A stretch of DNA of 64,000 nucleotides, from positions 73,939 to 137,938 of the forward strand of contig CAZYCL010000006.1 in the NCBI GenBank assembly GCA_964645795.1, read 5' to 3'. How positions within the stretch are numbered: the stretch's first letter is position 1; the number at the start of each line of letters is the position of its first letter. Shown here one piece after another: positions 38,001 through 46,844 of the stretch. The stretch is from an uncultured Planctomycetales bacterium (GTDB lineage Bacteria; Omnitrophota; Gorgyraeia; Gygaellales; Profunditerraquicolaceae). Below the pieces are notes generated by a model. It worked only from the letters and a program-made list of their open reading frames with translations, was not told the DNA's origin and did not search any database. A program made the translations under genes and the position numbers.

Positions 38001-38454
38001 GACTACCACCCGGGCCAAGCAGGAGAAGATGGCCATTCTCAAGGTTGAAGACCTTGACGGAGTAGTCGAGGCCCTGGTCTTTCCCAGGACTTTTCAGAAG
38101 GTATCACGCTATATCCAGCCCAACACCGTGGTGCTTATACGCGGGATCATCAACCTGAAAGAAGATACCCCTAAGATCCTGGTAAACGACATGTTCCCGG
38201 TCGACGAGATCTATCGGATGATCACGTCCATGAACATTAACCTTTCGGGATTAAGGGAGAATGTTTTCGCCAGCCTGAAAGACCTTCTGGAGTGTTCGCG
38301 CGGTACAGTGCCGATCTATCTGCATATAGACACGCCTGCGCGTTCCAAAGTGCAGCTGGTTGTCGGAGAGTCGCTGTATGTGGCAGCCAGCGAAAAGCTT
38401 ATCCGTGACATCGAAGAGCTCTTGGGCGAAGAACGCCTGAGCGTCCTTCTTTAG
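35017..38454 (+). CDS. dnaE: DNA polymerase III subunit alpha
   Basis: PHP N-terminus (HLHLHTQYSLLDG), polymerase core motifs, OB fold. 1145 aa. Confidence 0.9.
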   Translation: MPHSDFIHLHLHTQYSLLDGACRIPEIIALAKHHKMDSLAITDHGNMFGAIEFYQEVQKAGIKPILGCEMYIAPASRFDKTSSIEDASYHLILLCRDETGYHNLVKLVSIGYLEGFYYRPRIDKEVLLMHSKGLIGMSACLKGEIPSLLQEKRFNDALKAADNYQSIFGKDNFYLELQPNSIPEQKIVNEGLVKISRQLGIPLVATNDVHYLSKDKAAAHEALLCIQTQTTLDDPDRMRFQTNEFYFTSPQEMKDYFRGLPEAIDNTRSIAARCNLELDFSKLHLPKYDPPDGEDKEVFLRRLCEKGLKDRYGREDPVIRQRLEHELKIIKDMGFISYFLIVWDFINYARSQGIPVGPGRGSAAGSITSYLLYITDIDPLKYGLLFERFLNPERIGMPDIDIDFCYERRQEVIDYVTNKYGQENVAQIITFGTMQARAVVRDVGRVMGMAYADVDRIAKMIPPDPNMTLKDALVSELELKTLYKNDPEITKLIDTALSLEGLNRHASVHAAGVVIADKPLSSYMPIFKTGDDQITTGYSMGMLEKIGLLKVDFLGLRTLTVIFETIKLIKETQGKDIDIVRLPLDDQPTYRLLGSAHTLGVFQVESSGMRDLLRKLEPSRFEDLIALLALYRPGPIGSGMLDDFMKRKHGQVPIRYEHPSLEPILKETYGIMVYQEQIMQIASVLAGFSMAQADHLRKAMGKKIPEVMEKQRHHFMQGCLKNGIKESLAARIFDLIEYFSGYGFNKSHSTAYALISYRTAYLKANYPVEFMTALLTSERDNTDKIVEYVNEAERMGLEVLSPDVNESECLFNVVDQKTIRFGLLAIKNVGRGAAESIVQSRRQNGKFASLQDMCRRIDLRLVNKKVLESLIKCGALDRFGMSRAQMFASLETILDAASRHQKEKATGQLSFFDQGLGNAGGGGAGNASLPDIKEWPEPQLLAFEKEMLGFYVSGHPLARYARQLKRFASTSISKLTQHNDQDEIKLVGLISKVKQTTTRAKQEKMAILKVEDLDGVVEALVFPRTFQKVSRYIQPNTVVLIRGIINLKEDTPKILVNDMFPVDEIYRMITSMNINLSGLRENVFASLKDLLECSRGTVPIYLHIDTPARSKVQLVVGESLYVAASEKLIRDIEELLGEERLSVLL

Positions 38455-38464
38455 GCCGGCGTCC

Positions 38465-39913
38465 TTAGAGCCTGAACAAGAAATCCATCTTCAATACGTA
38501 TCTTCCCAACCCTTCCCCGTTTTGCTTCAAATCCTCGATTACGTTAGCGTAATAATCGAACGCGTTTTGTTTCTGCCCTATGTCGGTATCGTGCAGGCTG
38601 TATCTGGCTTCCACGAACAGCTTGGTCAGGAACTCAAAATCGGAAGCCGAGGATTTAAGCTTATTCGAGGCAAGTTTGGCTTGCAGCTTGGGGTCGATGA
38701 CCACGGGATAGCGCAGGCCGAAAAGAGACAGGCAGCGGCAGAGGAGTTTATAGGCCAGTATTATTGCCAGCCTGTAATCGTTGTTGCGTAAGGCCTGTTT
38801 GATCCTGGCCTTGTCCAGGAGGTAAGGGGAAAGCTTGGCCGCGATCGCCGCCAGCACCAGCATAACCAGGCCCCAGATGAGCGCGTAGATTATGATCTCG
38901 AAGATCGAGAGGCGGCTTTTTGACTCGGGTTCGGGTTGTTCTTCTCGGGGCTGCGAAGCTTCTTTTTCTGACAGTTCGCGTTCTTGCGGCGGCTGTGTCA
39001 AGCGCTCTTCCTGCGGTTGCCCCGTATCCTTGTCCTGATCGGGCTCCTGGTCCTGCGGGCTTGGTTCAGGCTCGCCCTGGAGTGTTTTTTCTTCGGTTTC
39101 TGTCGGTTTTTCGCTGTGCCAGAAGTCGGTTTTATCATCCTTGTCCCTGGGGTCGAGCAGTTTTTCCCTGGGTTGCTCTTTGGTAAAATCGGAGTTTTTT
39201 TCCGATTCATTGATACCGGTGGCGAGCTGGTCGAGGCTGGAGCTTAAGAAGCTGATGATGTTGTCTTTGGGGTAGTCGGCATAGTTTTGGGAGTAATTCT
39301 GGTTCCTGGGTATGAATACGGGAGAGGATGTCCTAATCCTGGGGATGGCCAGGTATATCGGCACGGTTGTGGCGATGATGATCGCGGCAAGTATGATGCT
39401 GAAGGCAAAATCCGCGCTGGGCTTGAGATTGCTTTTGGAAGTGGCCAGCTTTGAATTTTTTTCACTGGCCAGGTTGATCTTTCGCAATATCATCGTCCAG
39501 ATCGCCAGGAAACCGATTATGATCGCCAGGGTCATGCGGGCAGAGATGGAAGGCCAGGAGCAGGCCAGCATTATCAGGCCCAGCGATAGAACTTGTATAA
39601 GGTAGAAGTCTTTTTTTTCGTAGAGTATGAAGGTAAAAGCTACGATGACGTAGACCCAGGCCTTGATGAGTATCTTAAGCAGCTGGCCCTCTTCGGAGTT
39701 CAAGAACGGCAGGAGCGCCGTTACGGCTATAGCCAGGATCGCGGCGTTGACCGCTATTTTAAGGATGATTGGCCGCCGGTTGTATTCTGTCTGCCACCAA
39801 CTGATCCCAAGGCCTGCTGCGGCGATGAGCAGGAATATTTGAGGGTTGGAAAAGCTGTCCCCCAGCGAGAGTATCGCCAGGGCTATAAGCAGGCCGGTCA
39901 GTATGTAGGTCAT
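38465..39913 (-). CDS. Membrane protein with a C-terminal DUF4129 domain and an acidic/Pro-rich linker (third gene of the MoxR operon)
   Basis: Multiple TM helices, a low-complexity EPEP/QPQ linker, and a C-terminal DUF4129-like segment (FEFLTKLFVEARYSLHD). Confidence 0.55.
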   Translation of the reverse strand: MTYILTGLLIALAILSLGDSFSNPQIFLLIAAAGLGISWWQTEYNRRPIILKIAVNAAILAIAVTALLPFLNSEEGQLLKILIKAWVYVIVAFTFILYEKKDFYLIQVLSLGLIMLACSWPSISARMTLAIIIGFLAIWTMILRKINLASEKNSKLATSKSNLKPSADFAFSIILAAIIIATTVPIYLAIPRIRTSSPVFIPRNQNYSQNYADYPKDNIISFLSSSLDQLATGINESEKNSDFTKEQPREKLLDPRDKDDKTDFWHSEKPTETEEKTLQGEPEPSPQDQEPDQDKDTGQPQEERLTQPPQERELSEKEASQPREEQPEPESKSRLSIFEIIIYALIWGLVMLVLAAIAAKLSPYLLDKARIKQALRNNDYRLAIILAYKLLCRCLSLFGLRYPVVIDPKLQAKLASNKLKSSASDFEFLTKLFVEARYSLHDTDIGQKQNAFDYYANVIEDLKQNGEGLGRYVLKMDFLFRL

Positions 39914-41124
39914 CCCTTAAAGAATTTCAGTTCCAGGTTATCGCCCTGGTTGATCACATAGGTAACGACGTCAGAGCCTTTGACTTCCATAAAATTCGGC
40001 GCCTGGCGGGGGAGGCTGTTATTGAAGGAGGAGCTCACCAGCTGCACGTCTACCAGGGATACGCCTTTAGTATAGATGAACTTTTCCAGCGTCTTGGCCG
40101 TATCCGCATCATTGTCCAGGCGGATTACCAGCATCGTTGCTACGGCGGGGATGAGATAGTTCAATTTGTCCATGGTCTCAGAAAGCGTAAGGTGGCCGTT
40201 GGCTTCGGCCTGGGCCAGGTGCTCCAGGACCGTGAAAAGATGAGAGTAGTCTTTGCCCGCCGCAGATATCAGCGGTTTCTGGCCGTAGGCCAGCAATTGA
40301 AGAGAGTAGTTGTGCTCCAGGAAGTACTTGGCGGCCGAGGCGGCTATCTTTACCGCGTATTCCAGCGTCGTTTCTTTCCCCGAGCCCAGGTTGTTCTCCC
40401 ATTTAAGGTCGAGCATTATCACCGCGGTGTTTATCCCGGTCTGCTCAAAGTGCCTGACGATGAGCTGGTTCCTTTTGGCCGACGATGGCCAGTGGATCTT
40501 GCGCAAGCCGTCCTCCTGTTGATACTGGCGTATCCCGAAGAACTCTTCGTAATCTCCGCTGCGCCTTGCCGTTTGTGAGCCGTAGCGGGGAGTGACCATG
40601 CCGCGGTTAAAAGGAGTAAGGCTGGATATATTGAAGATATTCGGGTAAACGGTGAATTTTGACGGCTCGCTTATCAGGCGCGACTTCTTGAAAAGGCCGA
40701 GAGGATCGGAAATGGTAATGCTCAACGGGCCGATGAAGTACCTGCCTCGCTTAAAGCAGAACCCCTCGTAATCTTCGTTGACGCACTTACGGCCCCCCAG
40801 GTATGGGAATACCAGTTCTTTTTTCTGGCAGTAGGAGGCGTCAGGCGTGAACACATCGGTGACGTAAATGAAGTAGCTTCCCAGCAGGGCCGAGTTTACG
40901 AGCTGGATATTTACCTTCTGCAGTTCGTCTTCGTAAGCTACGTTGGGCAGCTTGCGCAGGCACGTAATGTTGAGGGGGGTAATGAGGAAGAAGACAAATG
41001 AGACAAGCAGCATGCTTGCCAGGGCCGCAGAGATAAAATAGATCAGCTCTATCTGCAGCAGCGATGCGATAAAAAGCGATAGGCCGAAAGATATCAGTAT
41101 GAGTTTGCACCGGTCCGTGATCAT
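39910..41124 (-). CDS. DUF58 domain protein (vWA-like)
   Basis: DUF58 signature GDYEEFFGIRQYQQEDGLRKIHWPSSAKRNQLIV. Confidence 0.75.
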   Translation of the reverse strand: MITDRCKLILISFGLSLFIASLLQIELIYFISAALASMLLVSFVFFLITPLNITCLRKLPNVAYEDELQKVNIQLVNSALLGSYFIYVTDVFTPDASYCQKKELVFPYLGGRKCVNEDYEGFCFKRGRYFIGPLSITISDPLGLFKKSRLISEPSKFTVYPNIFNISSLTPFNRGMVTPRYGSQTARRSGDYEEFFGIRQYQQEDGLRKIHWPSSAKRNQLIVRHFEQTGINTAVIMLDLKWENNLGSGKETTLEYAVKIAASAAKYFLEHNYSLQLLAYGQKPLISAAGKDYSHLFTVLEHLAQAEANGHLTLSETMDKLNYLIPAVATMLVIRLDNDADTAKTLEKFIYTKGVSLVDVQLVSSSFNNSLPRQAPNFMEVKGSDVVTYVINQGDNLELKFFKG

Positions 41125-41128
41125 CGGC

Positions 41129-42061
41129 TTATACCGGCACGGGGACCTTGGAGATTATTTCCTTTACGACATCGTGAGGCTTTATCCCCTTTACTACCAG
41201 GCTCGGGTGCAGCCCGATACGGTGGTTAAGGGCATGCACGCTGATGTCCTTGACGTCGTTGGGCGACACGAAGTCGCGGTTGTTGATCAGTGCCCAAGCC
41301 TTTGCCAGGCGCATGAGCGCCAGTGAACCTCTGGGGCTGGAGCCAAGCTTTATGCCTTGGTGGTTGCGCGTTGCCGCGACGATCTTGACTATATAGGAAA
41401 GCATATCGCGGTTTACGTGGATGTCGTTGGATTTTTGGATAAGGGAGTTGATCTCCGACAGGCTTAATACCGGCTCAAGGGATTCGATGGGGTCGCGGGT
41501 GAGGCGGTTCTCAAGTATGCTTACCTCTTCTGCTTCATTAAGATAGCCCATGCTAAAGCGCATAAGGAACCTGTCGAGCTGTGCTTCGGGAAGCGGATAG
41601 GTGCCGTAGAACTCTATGGGGTTCTGCGTGGCGATGACAAAGAACGGGTCAGGCAGGGGGTAGGTTTTACCGTCCACTGTGGTGGCGTATTCCTGCATCG
41701 CTTCCAGAAGTCCGGATTGCGTGCGCGGGGTGGTGCGGTTGATTTCGTCAGCCAGGATAATGTTGGTAAAGATCGGCCCCGGGCGGAATTCAAAGGAGTG
41801 GCTCTGTTGATTGAAGATATTGACTCCGGTTATGTCGGAGGGCAAGAGGTCCGGAGTAAACTGGATACGCTTGAAGTCGGAGTTAATGGACCTGGCCAGC
41901 GCCCTGACTAGCATTGTTTTGCCCAGCCCCGGGACGTCTTCGATCAGGATATGCCCTTTACTAAGCAGGCCGGCCAGCATAAGCTTTATGACTTCGCGTT
42001 TGCCGACTATTACCTTTTCGATATTGGCGATCAGCTTCTCTATTATATTCTGGTTGTTCAT
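41129..42061 (-). CDS. MoxR-family AAA+ ATPase
   Basis: Walker A GVPGLGKT, Walker B ILADEINR, and the MoxR C-terminal region. Confidence 0.85.
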   Translation of the reverse strand: MNNQNIIEKLIANIEKVIVGKREVIKLMLAGLLSKGHILIEDVPGLGKTMLVRALARSINSDFKRIQFTPDLLPSDITGVNIFNQQSHSFEFRPGPIFTNIILADEINRTTPRTQSGLLEAMQEYATTVDGKTYPLPDPFFVIATQNPIEFYGTYPLPEAQLDRFLMRFSMGYLNEAEEVSILENRLTRDPIESLEPVLSLSEINSLIQKSNDIHVNRDMLSYIVKIVAATRNHQGIKLGSSPRGSLALMRLAKAWALINNRDFVSPNDVKDISVHALNHRIGLHPSLVVKGIKPHDVVKEIISKVPVPV

Positions 42062-42153
42062 GCCGCCTCCTTAGTTTTGCATATTATATCACATAACCAT
42101 ATATTTTGAAATACTTTGTGAAAATTTCTCCGGAAAATTGCCAGAGTTTTTTC

Positions 42154-42182
42154 TTGACCGGGTTTTGTTTTTGTGGTATATT
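42154..42182 (+). promoter_or_regulatory. Sigma-70-like promoter TTGACC-N17-TATATT upstream of the HU gene
   Basis: Read directly from the sequence. Confidence 0.5.
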
Positions 42183-42252
42183 AGTTGCAATCATAAATGA
42201 ATGTAAGTTTCTGCCGTTATTGCAGTTAAAGAATAGAATTCAAGGAGGGGGC

Positions 42253-42525
42253 ATGACAAAGAAAGATATCATACTTAAAGTCTCGGACGAGACTAATTTG
42301 AAACAGATAGATGTGAAGAAGGTCGTGCAAAAGACTTTTGACTGCATAGTCGACGCCCTGATCAGAGGAGAGAAGATCGAGCTGCGTAACTTCGGCGTTT
42401 TCAAAATAAAGCAGAGAAAAAGCCGGACCGGAAGGAATCCTCGCACCAATCAGGTAATACCTGTCCCTCCCCGTAAGGTTGTTGTTTTCAAGGCCGGTTT
42501 GGAGATGAAGCAGAAAATTAAGTAA
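42253..42525 (+). CDS. HU/IHF-family DNA-binding protein
   Basis: A 90-aa protein with the HU fold motifs (RNFGVFKIKQRKSRTGRNPRT). RBS AGGAGGG. Confidence 0.8.
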   Translation: MTKKDIILKVSDETNLKQIDVKKVVQKTFDCIVDALIRGEKIELRNFGVFKIKQRKSRTGRNPRTNQVIPVPPRKVVVFKAGLEMKQKIK

Positions 42526-42575
42526 CTTGGCCCCCTTGATCCCGTATAATCACCTTTCATCCGACAAGCCAATAT

Positions 42576-43814
42576 ATGTATAAAAGGGTTTCCGGAACAA
42601 AAGACATCCTGCCTGATGAGACTGGTTTCTGGCAGGAGCTTGAAGAAAAAGCTCGCCTCAAATTCTCGCTCTATAATTACAGCGAGATCAGGCCGCCTCT
42701 GATCGAGGAGGCTTCGCTTTTTGACCGCTCTCTGGGCGCCTCCACCGAGATAGTCCAGAAGCAGATGTTTTTGATAAAAAATAAAGAAGAGGTCTATGCC
42801 CTGCGTCCGGAAGCCACGGCTTCGATAGTCCGCGCCTATATCGAGAATAACCTGGATAAGACCGCCGGCTTCTCCAAGTTTTATTATATCGGGCCGATGT
42901 TCAGGCTGGAGAGGCCGCAGAAAGGCCGGCTTCGCCAGTTCCATCATATCGGATGCGAAGCGATCGGCTCGGGCTCTCCCGAGCTGGATGTCGAGATCAT
43001 ATCGCTGGCTGAGTCGCTGCTTAAGGAGTTCGGGGTCTCGGGTTATAAGATCAAGATCAATACGCTTGGATGCCCCGAAGACAAGGCCGCCTTTGCCAGG
43101 GGTTTACGGGAAAAGCTGGCCGGTAGCGCCCAGGGGTTCTGTCAGGATTGCCAGGGGCGCCTGGAGAAGAATGTCCTGCGGGTCCTGGATTGCAAAGAGC
43201 AGGCTTGCCGCCGGATAGTCGAAGGGCTTGCGCTCTGCGGATCTCATGTCTGCGCACAGTGCCAGGAGCATTTTGACGGTGTAAAGAGGGGCCTGGATGC
43301 GCTTAATATCGCTTATGAAGTCTCGCCTTTGCTCGTCAGGGGGCTGGATTATTACACCCGGACTGTTTTTGAGCTTTCTCATCCGGATCTCGGCGCCCAG
43401 GATGCTTTGGGCGCAGGCGGCAGGTACAATGATCTGGTAAAGGATTTAGGCGGCAGCCCCTCCCCAGCCGTGGGTTTTGCGTTCGGGATGGAGAGGGTGA
43501 TGCTGGTTTTATCCGCCTCTCAAGCCGCCACCAAGAAAGGGCTTGTGTATCTGATTACCCTGGGTAAGGAGGCTTGCGAAAGAGGCTCACAGCTTCTTGC
43601 CCAGATGCGCCAGAACGGTATTACCTGCGACCGGGATTATGAATCCAGGTCCGTCAAGGGTGCGATGCGCAGGGCCAATGACCTTGGCGCCGGCCGAGTC
43701 CTTATCCTCGGGGAGGATGAGCTCAAGAAAAATTGCGTGACATTGAGGGATATGGCGTCGAGCCAACAAAAGGAAGTTGCCTTAGACCAATTGTTAAAGG
43801 AATTGAAATGTTAA
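42576..43814 (+). CDS. hisS: Histidine--tRNA ligase
   Basis: Class II motifs, the HisRS N-terminus (GTKDILPDE), and an anticodon-binding C-terminus. Confidence 0.9.
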   Translation: MYKRVSGTKDILPDETGFWQELEEKARLKFSLYNYSEIRPPLIEEASLFDRSLGASTEIVQKQMFLIKNKEEVYALRPEATASIVRAYIENNLDKTAGFSKFYYIGPMFRLERPQKGRLRQFHHIGCEAIGSGSPELDVEIISLAESLLKEFGVSGYKIKINTLGCPEDKAAFARGLREKLAGSAQGFCQDCQGRLEKNVLRVLDCKEQACRRIVEGLALCGSHVCAQCQEHFDGVKRGLDALNIAYEVSPLLVRGLDYYTRTVFELSHPDLGAQDALGAGGRYNDLVKDLGGSPSPAVGFAFGMERVMLVLSASQAATKKGLVYLITLGKEACERGSQLLAQMRQNGITCDRDYESRSVKGAMRRANDLGAGRVLILGEDELKKNCVTLRDMASSQQKEVALDQLLKELKC

Positions 43815-45199
43815 GGACCCATACTTGTGGCGAGCTCAACGTCTCGGATGTTAATAAGGAAGTAACGCTGGTAGGCTGGGTGGCGCGCAGGCGCGACCAC
43901 GGAAAGCTCGTTTTTATCGATATACGCGACAGGTCCGGCATGACGCAGGCCGTCTTTATCCCTAAAGAGTCAGGGCCGGCGCATACGCTTGCCCAGGAGT
44001 TAAGAAGCGAGTTTGTCATAAAAATAAGCGGTAAGGTAAATAAACGGCCGGCCAACACCATAAACCCGAAGTTGCCGACCGGCGAGATAGAGCTTTTGGT
44101 TACGGGTCTTGAGATCCTGAATTCCAGCCTTACGCCGCCTTTTGAGATCGAGAACGATATCGAGGTGACTGAAGAGATGCGCATGAAGTACCGCTACCTG
44201 GATCTAAGAAGGCCGAAGATGCTCTCCAACTTTGTCATGAGAAGCTCTCTTTATAAGATCATGCGCGGGTATCTCGACGAGCAGGGTTTTATCGAGTGCG
44301 AGACGCCGATCCTGACCAAATCCACGCCCGAGGGTGCGCGCGATTATCTTGTGCCTTCCAGGCTCAACCCCGGAGAGTTTTACGCCCTGCCGCAGTCTCC
44401 GCAGCTTTTCAAGCAGATACTTATGGTCTCCGGCATCGAGCGTTATTACCAGATCGCCAAATGCTTCCGCGATGAGGATCTGAGGGCCGACAGGCAGCCG
44501 GAGTTCACCCAGCTTGATATAGAGATGTCATTTATATCGGAAGAGGATATCTTCGCGCTGACCGAGGGGTTGATGAAAAAGGTGATGAAGGAGCTTAAGG
44601 GCATAGAGATAAAAACGCCGTTTCCCCGGCTGACCTACAAAGAGGCTCAGGACAAGTACGGCTCTGACAAGCCGGACCTGCGTAAAGACGTCGCCCAGGA
44701 GTATGCTTTTGCCTGGGTCGTGGATTTTCCGCTGTTCAAGTATAACGCGGATGAGAAGAGGTGGGAAAGCGAGCATCATCCGTTTACCGCCCCGTCACCC
44801 GATGACGTCGGCAAGCTTGACTCCTGCCCCCATGAAGTAAAATCCCGTTCATATGACCTGGTGCTTAACGGCATGGAGCTGGGCTCCGGTTCGATAAGGA
44901 TCCATGACCAGAAGCTGCAGCAGAGGATATTCAGCCTTATCGGGATAAGCGATGAGGAGGCGCAAAAGCGCTTCGGATTTTTGCTGGAGGCCTTTCAGTA
45001 CGGCGCACCGCCTCACGGAGGGGTAGCTTTTGGTATCGACCGGCTCCTGGCGATATTATCCAAAGAGCCCAGTATCAGGGAGACCATAGCTTTTCCCAAG
45101 ACCAGCGCCGGGCTCTGCCCTTTGACCGGAGCGCCATCGCCTGTTGATATCAGGCAATTAAAAGAGTTGCATTTAAGCATACTCAAGAGTAAAATATAG
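43808..45199 (+). CDS. aspS: Aspartate--tRNA ligase, bacterial-type core but lacking the GAD insertion domain
   Basis: FRDEDLRADRQPEFTQLDIEMSF and GGVAFGIDR motifs are present. DKPDLR is followed directly by WVVDFPLF with no ~130-aa GAD insert. Confidence 0.85.
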   Translation: MLRTHTCGELNVSDVNKEVTLVGWVARRRDHGKLVFIDIRDRSGMTQAVFIPKESGPAHTLAQELRSEFVIKISGKVNKRPANTINPKLPTGEIELLVTGLEILNSSLTPPFEIENDIEVTEEMRMKYRYLDLRRPKMLSNFVMRSSLYKIMRGYLDEQGFIECETPILTKSTPEGARDYLVPSRLNPGEFYALPQSPQLFKQILMVSGIERYYQIAKCFRDEDLRADRQPEFTQLDIEMSFISEEDIFALTEGLMKKVMKELKGIEIKTPFPRLTYKEAQDKYGSDKPDLRKDVAQEYAFAWVVDFPLFKYNADEKRWESEHHPFTAPSPDDVGKLDSCPHEVKSRSYDLVLNGMELGSGSIRIHDQKLQQRIFSLIGISDEEAQKRFGFLLEAFQYGAPPHGGVAFGIDRLLAILSKEPSIRETIAFPKTSAGLCPLTGAPSPVDIRQLKELHLSILKSKI

Positions 45200-45247
45200 G
45201 ATAATCGCTACGTTATCAAACGTTAAATTTTAAGAAAGGGAGGGGCG

Positions 45248-45817
45248 ATGAAGAAAAACGCATTGCTAGTTTCGGTGTTGATCAGCGCATTTTTATTGTC
45301 AGGTTGCGTCGTGCGCAGTTACCGGGTCGACAAAGACCGTGTCGACCAGGAGTTAAGCGGTAACCGCGGTTTTATCACCGGTATGGCATCGGAAGATATG
45401 GGCCCCAGGAAAGAGACGCGTTCCATAAGGGTGGTAGAGATGGAGCTGGGTCTTCCTTTCGGGCTGGGCAGGTCCGCCAAGAAAAAGAAACCCAAGAAGA
45501 TGTTCAGGCAGAAGGAGTCGGAAGTCGAGACGGCGATGCCCGTGTCGATGGAAGAGCCGTACGCCATGGAGAGCGCCCCCGGCCAGGAGTACGAAGAGTA
45601 TGTGGTTGAAAAGAACGATACCCTTCAGAAGATCTCCCAGAAGTTTTACGGCACCACAAGAAAGTGGAAGGAGATATTTGAATACAATTCGGATTCCCTG
45701 AAATCTCCGGATAAGCTTTATCCGGGTAAGACCATCAGGATCCCGGTTTCATCCGCAGCCAAAAGATCCGCTGAGCCCGCGGCCGCTTTAGAGGCACCGG
45801 CGGATTATCTCAAATAG
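45248..45817 (+). CDS. LysM-domain lipoprotein
   Basis: A lipobox LLSGC and a C-terminal LysM (YVVEKNDTLQKISQKFYG...GKTIRIP). Confidence 0.65.
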   Translation: MKKNALLVSVLISAFLLSGCVVRSYRVDKDRVDQELSGNRGFITGMASEDMGPRKETRSIRVVEMELGLPFGLGRSAKKKKPKKMFRQKESEVETAMPVSMEEPYAMESAPGQEYEEYVVEKNDTLQKISQKFYGTTRKWKEIFEYNSDSLKSPDKLYPGKTIRIPVSSAAKRSAEPAAALEAPADYLK

Positions 45818-45841
45818 ACCAGTCTTTTAGCTCGTTTCCAG

Positions 45842-45868
45842 GGCAGCCGCAGGGCATCTGCGGCTGCC
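45842..45868 (+). terminator. 11-bp perfect hairpin GGCAGCCGCAG-N5-CTGCGGCTGCC, with no strong T-run
   Basis: Read directly from the sequence. Confidence 0.35.
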
Positions 45869-45884
45869 TTATGTCGCATACCTT

Positions 45885-46844
45885 ATGGAAAAGATCATAA
45901 AGTTTCGTACCCACCGAGAGGCGCAGGTGCTCTTTGGGCCTCATGACGAAAACCTCAGGAATATCGAAAAAGAGTTCGGCGTCAAGCTTACTATCCGCGG
46001 AGAGCACCTTAAGATCAAGGGCACGGCTACGAAGATCAATAAGGCCGTTGGTCTTATCGAACACGTGCTCAATACCGTAAGGGACGGCCGCGATGAGCTC
46101 TCCAAGGCCGACTTTTCATATCTGGTATCCAACTTTAACAAAGACAGCCTGAAAGGCCAGGGGTTCGGCTCTCCTGATTTTGACCTGGCGCGTTCTACGG
46201 CAGGCAAGAGGATCGGCCCCAGGACCGAGGGGCAGAAAGAGTATGTAGAAGCCATAACCAAATACGATATAGTCTTTGGTATCGGGCCGGCGGGGACAGG
46301 CAAGACTTACCTGGCCATGGCTTCGGCGGTAGAAGCTTTAAAGAAACAGGATGTGCGCCGCATAATCCTCACCCGCCCGGCAATAGAAGCAGGCGAGTCC
46401 CTGGGTTACCTTCCCGGCGACATGCACGAGAAAATATCCCCTTACCTTAGGCCGCTCTACGATGCTTTATACGATATGATGGAGGCGGAGCGCATAGAAA
46501 AGTATCTTGATTCCGGGATTATCGAAGTTGCCCCGTTGGCGTATATGCGCGGCAGGACCCTTAACGATGCCTTTATCGTGCTCGATGAGGCGCAGAACTG
46601 CAGCGCCGAGCAGATGAAGATGTTTTTAACGCGGCTTGGCTTTGACTCCAAGGCCGTCATTACCGGCGACATGACGCAGAGCGATCTTCCCGGAGGCAAG
46701 CCCATAGGCCTCATGCAGGCCCAGGAGATACTCTCCGGCATAGAAGGGATAAAGTTCATATATTTTAGCGGTTCGGACGTGGTAAGGCATGCCCTGGTCC
46801 AGCTCATAATCGAAGCCTATGATAGATCAAACCATCAAAAATAA
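45885..46844 (+). CDS. ybeZ: PhoH-like ATPase (YbeZ)
   Basis: A KH-like N-terminus, Walker A GPAGTGKT, and the PhoH motifs. Confidence 0.85.
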   Translation: MEKIIKFRTHREAQVLFGPHDENLRNIEKEFGVKLTIRGEHLKIKGTATKINKAVGLIEHVLNTVRDGRDELSKADFSYLVSNFNKDSLKGQGFGSPDFDLARSTAGKRIGPRTEGQKEYVEAITKYDIVFGIGPAGTGKTYLAMASAVEALKKQDVRRIILTRPAIEAGESLGYLPGDMHEKISPYLRPLYDALYDMMEAERIEKYLDSGIIEVAPLAYMRGRTLNDAFIVLDEAQNCSAEQMKMFLTRLGFDSKAVITGDMTQSDLPGGKPIGLMQAQEILSGIEGIKFIYFSGSDVVRHALVQLIIEAYDRSNHQK

